Part shown: one piece after another, positions 15,901 through 24,696 of the stretch
Numbering within the stretch: the first letter of the stretch is position 1
Layout of the letters: every line of letters begins with the position of its first letter
Virus record (IMG/VR): IMGVR_UViG_3300048889_000043
Span: 1-39,264 of that record
Length of the DNA stretch: 39,264 nt
Source: a virus
Taxonomy: Duplodnaviria; Caudoviricetes
Strand: one strand, 5' to 3'
Translations under genes and position numbers: made by a program
Notes under the pieces: model-generated
Seen by the model: only the letters and a program-made list of their open reading frames with translations
Told to the model about the DNA's origin: nothing
Database searches by the model: none

Positions 15901-15975
15901 GGGCTATTGGTGTAATATTGGGTAGCATATATCCCTGTCACGGATAAGGTGAAGGTTCAATTCCTTCGTAGCCCG
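15901..15975 (+). tRNA. tRNA-Asp (GTC), no encoded CCA
   Basis: Acceptor GGGCTAT/GTAGCCC; anticodon arm TATCC-CTGTCAC-GGATA; T arm GAAGG-TTCAATT-CCTTC; discriminator G. Confidence 0.88.
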
Positions 15976-16010
15976 AATTTATTTTTCTATACAAGGATTA
16001 AAAAACATAA

Positions 16011-17342
16011 ATGGCACAAATAACAATCCCATACGGATATGAGCCTAGATTCTACCAAGAAAATATAGTAGAAGCTCTAGACTCAGGAATACGTAATGCT
16101 TGCTGGGTTGTACATCGTCGGGGAGGGAAGGACACTACGATGTGGAACTACATGATCAAGCGCGCGTACATGGAGCCAGGAACTTACTACTATTTCTTGC
16201 CGACATTCGCCCAAGCTAAACGAGTTATCTGGGATGGAATGACTAACTCTGGGAAGAGGATGATTGACTACATTCCCAAGGAGATCATTGACGGTAATCC
16301 AAACAACACGGAGATGAAAATTTGGATTAACGGAATGAATGGACAAAGTTTGATTCAGCTTATTGGTGCCGATAGCTACGATTCCATTATGGGCACCAAC
16401 CCTAGAGGCATTGTCTTTAGTGAATGGCCGCTTATGGATCCTATGGTGTATGAGTTCGTTAAGCCCATCTTGGCAGCTAATGGAGGCTGGTGTGCATTTC
16501 TCTACACTCCCCGGGGCAAGAACCATGGATGGGAACTCGCTGAAATTGCAAGGAGAAACACTGACGACTGGTTCTTTGAGATCTTGACAATACGCGATAC
16601 TGGGGTGTTGACAGAAGAGCAGATCGAGAAAGAGCGCCGCAACGGAATGCCTGAGGATGTTATCCAACAGGAATTCTATTGCAACTTTAACAGAGGCCAA
16701 GAAGGAAGTTATTACGGCAAACAAATAGAGGAACTGCGCAAGCGGGGCCGCATTGGACGCGTTGAGTATGAACCATCTGTTCCTGTCCGCACATACTGGG
16801 ACTTGGGAATAGGCGACTCTACTGCAATTTGGTTCGCTCAATTTGTTGGTAAAGAGATTCATTTAATCAACTATTATGAAAATTCAGGTGAAGGACTATC
16901 TCACTATGCACGGATCCTGGACGACTATCGACAAGAAACCGGATGCGTGTATGATTTAAATGTTGCTCCACACGACATTCAAGCGAGGGAGTTGTCAACA
17001 GGCCAGACAAGGCTTGCCGCAGCTCGTCGGTTAGGCCTGAATTTCCGAGTTGCTCCGAAGCTAAGCCTAGAATCCGGGATAGAAGCAGCTCGTATGATTC
17101 TCTCACGATGCTGGATTGACGAAAATCGATGCGCAGGTGGCTTGAAGTGTCTAGAGAATTATCGGAAGGAGTACAACGATAAATTGCGTGTTTACTCAGA
17201 TCGCCCGGTTCATGATTCTTCGTCGCATGGTGCTGATGCTTTTCGGATGCTGGCGATAACAGAGAGCGAATTTCGCCCTGATCGGGGAATTGGTGATGTG
17301 GATTACGAGAACATGAAGACTCAGTGGGGATGGAAGGGTTGA
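16011..17342 (+). CDS. terL: Terminase large subunit
   Basis: PRFYQ, VVHRRGGKDT, GIVFSEW, YTPRGKNH, QEFYC, YWDLGIGDST, SHGADAFR. Confidence 0.95.
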   Translation: MAQITIPYGYEPRFYQENIVEALDSGIRNACWVVHRRGGKDTTMWNYMIKRAYMEPGTYYYFLPTFAQAKRVIWDGMTNSGKRMIDYIPKEIIDGNPNNTEMKIWINGMNGQSLIQLIGADSYDSIMGTNPRGIVFSEWPLMDPMVYEFVKPILAANGGWCAFLYTPRGKNHGWELAEIARRNTDDWFFEILTIRDTGVLTEEQIEKERRNGMPEDVIQQEFYCNFNRGQEGSYYGKQIEELRKRGRIGRVEYEPSVPVRTYWDLGIGDSTAIWFAQFVGKEIHLINYYENSGEGLSHYARILDDYRQETGCVYDLNVAPHDIQARELSTGQTRLAAARRLGLNFRVAPKLSLESGIEAARMILSRCWIDENRCAGGLKCLENYRKEYNDKLRVYSDRPVHDSSSHGADAFRMLAITESEFRPDRGIGDVDYENMKTQWGWKG

Positions 17343-17467
17343 AGTATCTTTCCATTTCCCGGGCTATCATCTTCTGCATAAGTTCTTCAAAGTTAAATTG
17401 TTGGGTCATTTGCTTGGCCTTTTTTAAGGTTTTGTGATTCCAGTTTACTTTATAGCAGCTTTTAGGT

Positions 17468-18376
17468 CTACTCTGTTTTTTTGGTTTCCCACCATCTTTT
17501 TTCTAATGTCTGTCGAAGATATCCTATTACGTTTGTCATGTGTTTGCGTTGTTCTTTCTTCTTTTTCATCTGCATTTCTACGTAAGCTGACGCTTTTTTT
17601 ATGTCATCAATCGAATAATTTTGCACGAATTCAAGGGCAGATTTTTCGTCACATCCAATTTGCATAAACCAATTGAAGGCTTTTCTCTTAAGTTCGATAG
17701 CAGGAGTCATGTCTGGCGGATCAACAAAAATATCTTGAGAATTTAAAGAACACACAGGCGCAGGAGCTTCGACTGCTGGTTGTTGTTCTTTAAACAAAGG
17801 GTTTTTGTTAATAGGGTTATCTATTGTGTCATGTGGTGACAGTGCTCCCTGTGAGGCGCCGTCATGTGGTGACAGTGCCTGCCCGGCGCCGTCATGTGGT
17901 GACAGTGCCCTCTTTTCTGGAACGAATTTTTTTGTCATCATATACGCTCGGTTATAACGCCAAATATCTGTTAAAGTAATTTTATGATAGATGGTAGAAT
18001 TTTTCTTTATGTCATTTTCAATCTTGTTCTTTTTGCATTGATGAAGAATGATCAGGGGCTTCCCATCGAATTCATTGAAATTTTGCGTCAGTTCTTTTTT
18101 TGCATTAGACACTGATCCAGCGCTCATGTTGCAAATCTCGGCTAAATTGTCTCGGTTCATCCAGCATGCGCCTTCTTCTCCAGCAATTCTCATTAGGACC
18201 CGATATAGTTCTTTCGCGTGTACAGATAATCTTTTTTTTGTTTCTTTACCGTTTTCATCAATCACGTTGTAAGTAAGATGGTCGATAATATGAGGCACCA
18301 TTGCAAAATGAGATGGCTGCGGATTTTGAAAGTGAATTGAGTAGAGTTCGGCTGGGCTTATAGAGTTTTTAGACAT
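17468..18376 (-). CDS. Replication initiator-like protein (N-terminal wHTH, internal iterons)
   Basis: FAMVPHII...LSVHAKELYRVL...CWMNRDNLAEICNMSAGSVSNAKKEL; ALSPHD x3; C-terminal NVIGYLRQTLEKRWW; AAGGA RBS before ATG 18376. Confidence 0.75.
   Translation of the reverse strand: MSKNSISPAELYSIHFQNPQPSHFAMVPHIIDHLTYNVIDENGKETKKRLSVHAKELYRVLMRIAGEEGACWMNRDNLAEICNMSAGSVSNAKKELTQNFNEFDGKPLIILHQCKKNKIENDIKKNSTIYHKITLTDIWRYNRAYMMTKKFVPEKRALSPHDGAGQALSPHDGASQGALSPHDTIDNPINKNPLFKEQQPAVEAPAPVCSLNSQDIFVDPPDMTPAIELKRKAFNWFMQIGCDEKSALEFVQNYSIDDIKKASAYVEMQMKKKKEQRKHMTNVIGYLRQTLEKRWWETKKTE
17828..17908. repeat. Three 18-bp iterons inside rep
   Basis: GTCATGTGGTGACAGTGC at 17828, 17861, 17891; each holds GTCA-N5-TGAC; AT-rich tract adjacent at ~17789-17825. 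Confidence 0.9.
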
Positions 18377-18399
18377 CGATAGATTCCTTAGATTTTCAC

Positions 18400-18516
18400 T
18401 TGCTTTTAATCTAAGATCTGCTATGATGAGAGAGCTTAGATTCGAAGAGAGTGCAATTTCAAACAATCAAGCAAAATTCGAGGGCTGCCTTTCTGAGGGG
18501 TGGCCCTTTTGTCTTT
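18400..18516 (+). ncRNA. Candidate counter-transcribed RNA in the rep leader
   Basis: TTGCTT-N16-TATGAT with TG extension (18400-18427); hairpin 18481-18507 with G-U pairs only on plus strand, then TTTGTCTTT. Confidence 0.5.
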
Positions 18517-18533
18517 AATCATTTTCTGTTCAA

Positions 18534-18563
18534 AAGCTACCCTTCCTGCCTATATCAAGTCAA
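18534..18563 (-). promoter_or_regulatory. Candidate rep promoter
   Basis: Minus strand TTGACT-N18-TAGCTT about 160 nt upstream of rep ATG. Confidence 0.45.
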
Positions 18564-18679
18564 CCCGAATCTACTTTTCATCGCATTCAAATAAACTTTA
18601 CACATTTTTCTTGCCATAAAATCAAATATATTCTTTACTGCGAATAACTAGCTATAAAGACATTATTTGAGAAGGTTGA

Positions 18680-20659
18680 ATGCCAACAGACTACGACATA
18701 GTAAGCGACTTCACTCAAGACTATAACCGCGCATACATGCTCTTAAACACGTATTACGCTGAGGCATACCGCGACGTTGGGTTCTACCTTGGGAATCAAT
18801 GGTCTTTAGATCAGCTGAAATACCTAAACGATGAGCGACGTAACAGCTTCACCTTCAACAAGACTCGCAAAACCATTGACATGGTAAGCGGATACTTAAG
18901 CGCAAACGAGCATTCAAGCATTGTTGTTCCGCGTGAGAATTCGAGTCCAGAGACAGCTGAGCAGTTGAGTGAGTTGTTGCAGCAGGTAATGAAGAAGGGC
19001 GGCTACAAGGCTATGCAGAAAGCGCGGCATGGTAGCTTGATTTCTGGAGTTAACTGGATTTCACCGTGGATTGATTACAGAAAGGATTACGTAAATGGAC
19101 AGATTGGCTTCCACGTTGACAATTGGAATGACGTTATTTGGGACCCTTTTAGTTATAGACATGACCTTGAAGACTGTACTTTTGTGGCACGCCGTAAGTA
19201 TCTTTCAAAGGATGTAATTAAGAGTTTAGTACCTGGATGTGAGCGTGAGATTGATTCCATGGGCTATGGCAATAGAGACGAAAAGTTTACCTATGAGCCG
19301 TACGCCCGGCAATGGGGGCTACAAGAGCTTTTAGCATATAACGAGTACTGGAAGCGTAGATATAAGAAGGGCTGGATTCTCGTAGATAAAGTTACAGGCG
19401 AGCAGCGGCCATGGAAGGGTGACCAGAAGCGGCTGAAAATGATGCAAGGCTTCTTCCCGAATTTAGCTGTGATTGAAGGTTACTACAAAACGGTGGATTA
19501 TAACATCATCGTTGAAAATAGGCTTCTGTATAGCGGTGAAGACCCTTGGGGCATAGGGGACTACCCATTTGTGCCCTTCTACTGTGTCTTCGAACCATCT
19601 TATGACTTGTACCAGTGGAAATACCAGTCTCTAGTACGCCTACTACGTGATTCGCAAGAGGAGTACAACTTAAGAAAGAGCAAGCTGCTGGATATTGTTG
19701 ACTCGCAAATTGGAAGTGGATGGAAAGCAAAGTCAGGTGCTGTTTCGAACGTTAAGTCTTTGTTCCAGAGCGGTCAAGGCAAAGTAATATTTTTCAACCC
19801 AGGATTCGAACTTGGAGACGCAGAAAGAATTGAAGCCCCGAATATTCCAGAGAGTTTGTTCCAGCTTCAAGAGAGTTTTGATTCGGACATTAAAGACTTT
19901 GTGGACTTGGGTGCGCTCGGGAACGATCAAACAGACCGAATGAGTGGCGTGCTGTACAAGATGAAACAAAGTATGGCGATAATGCAGCTAGGGCCAATTG
20001 TTGAGAACTTTAGAGAAGCGCAATCACTGCTGAGCTACAAAGTTCTGAAGATGATACAGAAATACACTCCTGAGAAGGTAGAGCGCTTAATTAAGCAGAA
20101 GCCTACGCCAGAGTTTTACAACAGCACCTTCTTGGAATATGACATTGACTTGATTGAGATGGTAATGACAGACACGCAGAAATCAGCAGCGTTTCTCCAA
20201 GCGTTTCAGCTTAAGGCCGCAGGGGTTCAGGTGCCAGATGACATGCTTTGGGAGCTCTCGCCATATCCGATTGAGAAGAAGTTTCAGGAAAGACTTAAGG
20301 CACAAGCAGAACAAGCAGACGCGGCAGCCAAACAAGAACAAGAAGACAAAGCACAGGTTAACGAGCTTCTTAAAGCAAAAGCCTTCAGCGACGTTAGCTT
20401 GGGTGAAGAGCGCTTAAGCAGAATTAAGTACGACGCTGCACTGAGTGAAGAAAGATTAGCAGCAGCACAAGAAGAAAGAGCTCGGAGCGTGCTTGATATT
20501 GTTCGCGCAGGTAAAGAGCTTCAGGAAATGGAAATCATGCAAGAGGGGCTTCATTTAGACAATCACCAGAAGCTTCTAGACATCATTCGTGGTGTAGAAG
20601 AAGAGCAACGGTTGAAGTCAGCAGAAACAGTAGTTCCTCAACCTGCAACGAAAGAATAA
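18680..20659 (+). CDS. Portal protein (P22-like)
   Basis: 659 aa; FYLGNQW, TFNK, WDP, YPFVPF, LRDSQEEYN, C-terminal coiled coil; position after TerL. Confidence 0.9.
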   Translation: MPTDYDIVSDFTQDYNRAYMLLNTYYAEAYRDVGFYLGNQWSLDQLKYLNDERRNSFTFNKTRKTIDMVSGYLSANEHSSIVVPRENSSPETAEQLSELLQQVMKKGGYKAMQKARHGSLISGVNWISPWIDYRKDYVNGQIGFHVDNWNDVIWDPFSYRHDLEDCTFVARRKYLSKDVIKSLVPGCEREIDSMGYGNRDEKFTYEPYARQWGLQELLAYNEYWKRRYKKGWILVDKVTGEQRPWKGDQKRLKMMQGFFPNLAVIEGYYKTVDYNIIVENRLLYSGEDPWGIGDYPFVPFYCVFEPSYDLYQWKYQSLVRLLRDSQEEYNLRKSKLLDIVDSQIGSGWKAKSGAVSNVKSLFQSGQGKVIFFNPGFELGDAERIEAPNIPESLFQLQESFDSDIKDFVDLGALGNDQTDRMSGVLYKMKQSMAIMQLGPIVENFREAQSLLSYKVLKMIQKYTPEKVERLIKQKPTPEFYNSTFLEYDIDLIEMVMTDTQKSAAFLQAFQLKAAGVQVPDDMLWELSPYPIEKKFQERLKAQAEQADAAAKQEQEDKAQVNELLKAKAFSDVSLGEERLSRIKYDAALSEERLAAAQEERARSVLDIVRAGKELQEMEIMQEGLHLDNHQKLLDIIRGVEEEQRLKSAETVVPQPATKE

Positions 20660-20691
20660 CATAAAAGACAATAAGCTTTAGGAGGCAAACA

Positions 20692-20877
20692 ATGCACGAA
20701 CACATGAAACATACACACCCATTACATCACATGCTTGCGAATGAAATGAAGCAGCATAAAAGCGCAAACGAACATATCCAGCATCACATGGAAAAACATC
20801 AAGAAAGACATCATGACAGCCAATACGGACATGATCATCACAAGCATCATTACGCTCATCAACATGGAATGGTTTAA
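20692..20877 (+). CDS. His-rich small protein
   Basis: 20 His in 61 aa; AGGAGG RBS. Confidence 0.75.
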   Translation: MHEHMKHTHPLHHMLANEMKQHKSANEHIQHHMEKHQERHHDSQYGHDHHKHHYAHQHGMV

Positions 20878-20888
20878 AGGGGGCTACA

Positions 20889-21218
20889 ATGCGCGAACAA
20901 AGACGGTTTGGAACTATACAGGCAATTAGTCAGGAATTCTCTTATTCAAGGCGAGAAGAAGAAATCGGCATGAGAGATTCTAACGCGAGTCACGGGAATG
21001 ATTTTCTTGCGACGACAGGGCGAATCATGGATCACTACGAGTTGAACGAGCTAGAGCCAAGCTGGTGCACGCAGTTGGACACGATTGGAATGCAACCGCA
21101 CGCCAGGGAGTATTTAGATAGAAGCTCCACTTGTTTGAGAAGCGAGAGACAGCTTCAAATGATTCAAGGGCAGATGATTGATTACAGCTCAGGCATTCAT
21201 TTCGATGGTATGCCATGA
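20889..21218 (+). CDS. Hypothetical protein
   Basis: Operonic ORF in head module. Confidence 0.65.
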   Translation: MREQRRFGTIQAISQEFSYSRREEEIGMRDSNASHGNDFLATTGRIMDHYELNELEPSWCTQLDTIGMQPHAREYLDRSSTCLRSERQLQMIQGQMIDYSSGIHFDGMP

Positions 21219-21433
21219 CAGCTAGCATGTTTCAGGGTGAAGGCGGATACACGGCCGTGGCTGGTAAGAACCCACACGGACACTTACCTCACCCTCCTAT
21301 TCAAGCGCTAAAAGAAGGCTCTGTTGGTGGAACGAAAAGCGACCTACAAACGATGATGGAAAACGAACAAAAACAACACGAACAAGCTTATATTTACGCA
21401 CACGGACATAACGATCATGGAATGGGGCAATGA
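21215..21433 (+). CDS. Hypothetical protein
   Basis: ATGA coupling. Confidence 0.6.
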   Translation: MTASMFQGEGGYTAVAGKNPHGHLPHPPIQALKEGSVGGTKSDLQTMMENEQKQHEQAYIYAHGHNDHGMGQ

Positions 21434-21499
21434 ATGATACAGATGATGAGTGTCGCTATTTCCTTCCTAGGTCTAACTGGGATAAAACTGAGGTGATTT

Positions 21500-21832
21500 A
21501 TGGGACGCGACAACGGGACATTGAACACACTGAAGCCGCAACCGGGACAGTACGACAGCTACAATCCGACGTTTCATCCGTTACCGGGAGAGTGGGCGAA
21601 GCAACAGTTGCAAGGTGTCCATGTATCACAAACGACAACTGGATCTTCACACGCTTCGAAACAACCACAAACAGAGATTCAACGAGCGATAGCGGCAGAG
21701 AAAGCACAACATGAGTATTGGGAAAAGTGGCAAGGAGTAATTCCAGGAAAGCCTGTTTACGAAGATCCTAGGGCTTTTCAAAACACACTATTACCTTCAG
21801 CAAGGTTCGGAACGGATGGAAGAGGATATTAG
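21500..21832 (+). CDS. Hypothetical protein
   Basis: GAGGTGA RBS. Confidence 0.65.
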   Translation: MGRDNGTLNTLKPQPGQYDSYNPTFHPLPGEWAKQQLQGVHVSQTTTGSSHASKQPQTEIQRAIAAEKAQHEYWEKWQGVIPGKPVYEDPRAFQNTLLPSARFGTDGRGY

Positions 21833-22043
21833 ACTAGAACAAGTAAGAATGCAAGTTGAGCATGCTATGTTAGAAATGGCGAGTATGGTTAGAACTTGCA
21901 CGGATAAAGAGCTAACAGATTTTTTGAGCTTTGACGGTGAATTTGGAAAAGCAATAATGATAGATAGATGGACGGATTATAATAAAACCGAAAGACGATA
22001 TCGAAGATTAAAGGTATTAAACTTAATATTAAAGGTGAGATAG
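21816..22043 (+). CDS. Hypothetical protein
   Basis: Operonic ORF. Confidence 0.55.
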   Translation: MEEDIRLEQVRMQVEHAMLEMASMVRTCTDKELTDFLSFDGEFGKAIMIDRWTDYNKTERRYRRLKVLNLILKVR

Positions 22044-22238
22044 GTGGCTAAACACAAGCAAAGCGCACTTGAAAAAGCACGAAGCGCATTGAAGAAAGCT
22101 GATATACCACACACGAAGCGAAGTATTCAACAGAAGCTTAAGGTAAAAAAGTAGCCCAAATCCGTTAACCGTAACAAGAAGCGGGCTACAAAAGAACAAC
22201 CAAAAGAGAAAAAAATGGAATATTTTTCAGCTCTCTAA
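22044..22238 (+). pseudogene. Lys/Arg-rich ORF with in-frame TAG at 22152
   Basis: MAKHKQSALEKARSALKK...KVKK*PKSVNRNKKRATKEQPKEKKMEYFSAL; same composition on both sides of the stop. Confidence 0.4.
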
Positions 22239-22265
22239 ATGAAGCGTAACACAAGGGGAATTTAA

Positions 22266-22511
22266 ATGAAAGAGAATCCTTCAGGCCGACAAGGTGGGTT
22301 TGAATCTATGGAGCACGACAATGCTCGAGAGCCCATGGTAAGCCATCAATCTGAAACAACTCCAAAGAGCGTTGCAGAAGATTGGAAAGCAGGTGTGTAT
22401 GAAATGAAACAGGAGGGAATGGACGAAGGTTACGGTCTAGCTGGCAAGCGCGGTGTAGACGGTGACTTTGGTAAAGCGCATTCTCAGTTTCGCGAATATC
22501 CTTGGGCGTAA
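22266..22511 (+). CDS. Hypothetical protein
   Basis: AAGGGG RBS. Confidence 0.7.
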   Translation: MKENPSGRQGGFESMEHDNAREPMVSHQSETTPKSVAEDWKAGVYEMKQEGMDEGYGLAGKRGVDGDFGKAHSQFREYPWA

Positions 22512-22513
22512 GT

Positions 22514-22924
22514 ATGCAAACAACATTAGTAGGCGAAAGACGTCATTCAGGCATGCAAGAAATGGGTGAGACGCGTGAACCAATGGCATATGACTGTTGG
22601 CAAGACGCTAAACACCTAGCAGAGAAATATTCAAAAAAAATGAAACATGATTTTTGGGTTCTCTTCGCAGCTAAGCCACACGTTCAGCACAAGAATGCAA
22701 TCGTGGCTGGTTGGGATATTGTAGCTATGAGGCCATCACGAGCTATGGTAGGCGTTTTAGTGTTCAAATGGACGCACAAGGACAAAGAATTAACTGTAGA
22801 TATGGAATTAAGTTTGCCGTATGACGTGCCGATCTGCGAAGACGAGCTCTCAAAATACGTAGACGATTTCACTCCTACTTTAGCAACAGCAGCGAAAAGG
22901 TCGGGTTCGATCTTACTAGCTTAA
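22514..22924 (+). CDS. Hypothetical protein
   Basis: ATG 22514 right after previous stop. Confidence 0.7.
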   Translation: MQTTLVGERRHSGMQEMGETREPMAYDCWQDAKHLAEKYSKKMKHDFWVLFAAKPHVQHKNAIVAGWDIVAMRPSRAMVGVLVFKWTHKDKELTVDMELSLPYDVPICEDELSKYVDDFTPTLATAAKRSGSILLA

Positions 22925-22936
22925 GGTTCTATTAAC

Positions 22937-23117
22937 GGCGTAAAGATCTCTCGCCAGGATCAAAGGGAACCATGCAAGAATTAGATATGTCAAGACCAGG
23001 ACACGAGTTGTTTCCTGAGTCAAGTAAGCAAGAATACAACTCATATATGGACGTAAATGTTGATCCCGGCGTCCAGGATCAAATGAGCGTAATGCAGCCG
23101 GAAGTCGCTCAGCCTGC
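22937..23117 (+). promoter_or_regulatory. Three copies of a pseudoknot-like RNA motif around the scaffold start
   Basis: Copies at 22937-22961, 23049-23082, 23085-23117 with co-varying stems and conserved CGTAA. Confidence 0.55.
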
Positions 23118-23715
23118 GCAATTGTCTGATAAAGAAATGAATTTTAGGGCGTTAAGGGACGAAGCCAACCGTTTTAAAGAGGAGAGGGAGTACTGGAAAG
23201 GCCAAGCAGAAGCTTATTCCAGACAACAACCCTCTCCGCAAGAACCTCAACAAGCCGATGCTTACTCAGCTTTAGATTGGGATGATAGTAAAGATGTTCA
23301 GAAAGCGTTTCACTCAATTAGGCAAGAGAACGACAAGCTCCGGGATGAGATGCGTGATTCTTTGGCCTCTATTGCAGCTAAAACGCAGCATCAAGACTGG
23401 AACAATATGGTCACCCAACACGTGCCGCAACTAACAAGTAAAAACCCGATATTTGCAGAGATGATCCAGAAAGCAAGCAATCCTTATGAGGCAGCATACT
23501 TATTGGCAGAATTAAACGCAAGAGCAAGCCAACCTGAAGCGCAGCAACTACCCCCTATGAACGGGAACGCCCAGAGAGCTATTGCTAACTCTCAGAAACC
23601 ACAGACTCTAGCAAGTGTTGGAGGAAACGGAACCCTGAGCAGTGCAGATTATTATGCTAGTATGTCTGATGAAGATTTCATGAAGATTGCAGGGAGAAAT
23701 CTAGCAAATATCTAA
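22972..23715 (+). CDS. Capsid scaffolding protein (putative)
   Basis: Acidic Q/P-rich coiled coil, NFRALR, NPYEAAYLL; directly before MCP. Confidence 0.75.
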   Translation: MQELDMSRPGHELFPESSKQEYNSYMDVNVDPGVQDQMSVMQPEVAQPAQLSDKEMNFRALRDEANRFKEEREYWKGQAEAYSRQQPSPQEPQQADAYSALDWDDSKDVQKAFHSIRQENDKLRDEMRDSLASIAAKTQHQDWNNMVTQHVPQLTSKNPIFAEMIQKASNPYEAAYLLAELNARASQPEAQQLPPMNGNAQRAIANSQKPQTLASVGGNGTLSSADYYASMSDEDFMKIAGRNLANI

Positions 23716-23733
23716 ATCGTTAAGGTTTAGATA

Positions 23734-24678
23734 ATGCCAATTACAACTACAGCACAAGTACCTCCAGAAGTAAGAACATACTTCGACAGGTTACTACTTA
23801 CTTTAGCAAGACCATATTATATTTATGATATGTTCGCGCAAAAAAGAACTATTCCGTTGAACTCTGGAGATCAAATGATTTTCAGACGTTATTCAACATT
23901 AACAGCAGCAACTGTGCCTATTCAAGATGGTACTACTCCTCCAGGTGATGCGTTAAGCGTAACTGACTTTAGTACACAGATTAAATGGTATGGTAACTTC
24001 GTTGTTATTACCGATCAAGTTCAGTTTACAGTTCAAGATAGAGTTTTGAATGAAGCTACTAGAGTTTTATCATTACAATTAGGATTAACTTTAGATACTA
24101 TAATCCGTAATATGATGGTTGCAACTGCTAGTTCTATTTCTTGCGCAAATGGAACTAATGGTAATACTCCGACAGAAATTACTACTGCGGATATTAAAAC
24201 AGCAGTACAAGCATTAAGAGCTGGTAATGCACGTTTGATGACTAAACCAATTCAAGGTGAAAATAGATTTGCTACATCTCCAGTTCGTTCTAGTTATTGG
24301 GGCTTTATGTCCGTTAATATCCAGAATGATCTAGAAGCTTGTGCAGACTTCTTATCAGCAGCTAACTATCCTAACCCAATGGATGCATTAGAAGCTGAAT
24401 GGGGCTCAACTAACAACGTAAGATGGTTACTATCTACTAACGGATTTGCAACTACAGATGCGATTCCAATTTACAATAGTATCATTTTAGGTCAAGAAAG
24501 TTATGGTGTTGTAAAACTTGGTTCAAAAGAAGCTGAATTTATAGTTAAACCATTAGGCTCTGCTGGAACTAGCGATCCATTAAATCAGCGCGGATCAGTT
24601 GGTTATAAATATCCATTTGCAACTCGCTTGTTAAATGATAACTGGATTACACGCTTACTATCAACAGAAAGACTATAA
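23734..24678 (+). CDS. Major capsid protein (N4-gp56-like family)
   Basis: YFDRLLL..ARP, IPLNSG..FRRY, DGTTP, YGNFVVITD, EWG..NNVRW, SDPLNQRGSVGYK. Confidence 0.9.
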   Translation: MPITTTAQVPPEVRTYFDRLLLTLARPYYIYDMFAQKRTIPLNSGDQMIFRRYSTLTAATVPIQDGTTPPGDALSVTDFSTQIKWYGNFVVITDQVQFTVQDRVLNEATRVLSLQLGLTLDTIIRNMMVATASSISCANGTNGNTPTEITTADIKTAVQALRAGNARLMTKPIQGENRFATSPVRSSYWGFMSVNIQNDLEACADFLSAANYPNPMDALEAEWGSTNNVRWLLSTNGFATTDAIPIYNSIILGQESYGVVKLGSKEAEFIVKPLGSAGTSDPLNQRGSVGYKYPFATRLLNDNWITRLLSTERL

Positions 24679-24696
24679 TTCTAGGAGGAATTTAAC

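Noticed and set aside
16083-17409. Long antisense ORFs 16083-16862 and 16867-17409
   Set aside because: Shadow frames of terL with no motifs; only the first ~25 codons from 17409 look plausibly real.
21430-21714. 94-aa ORF MNDTDDECRY
   Set aside because: Largely overlaps 21500-21832, which has the better RBS.
22152-22154. Genome-wide TAG recoding
   Set aside because: Several structural genes end cleanly at TAG (26840, 30269, 34749) and long genes are uninterrupted.
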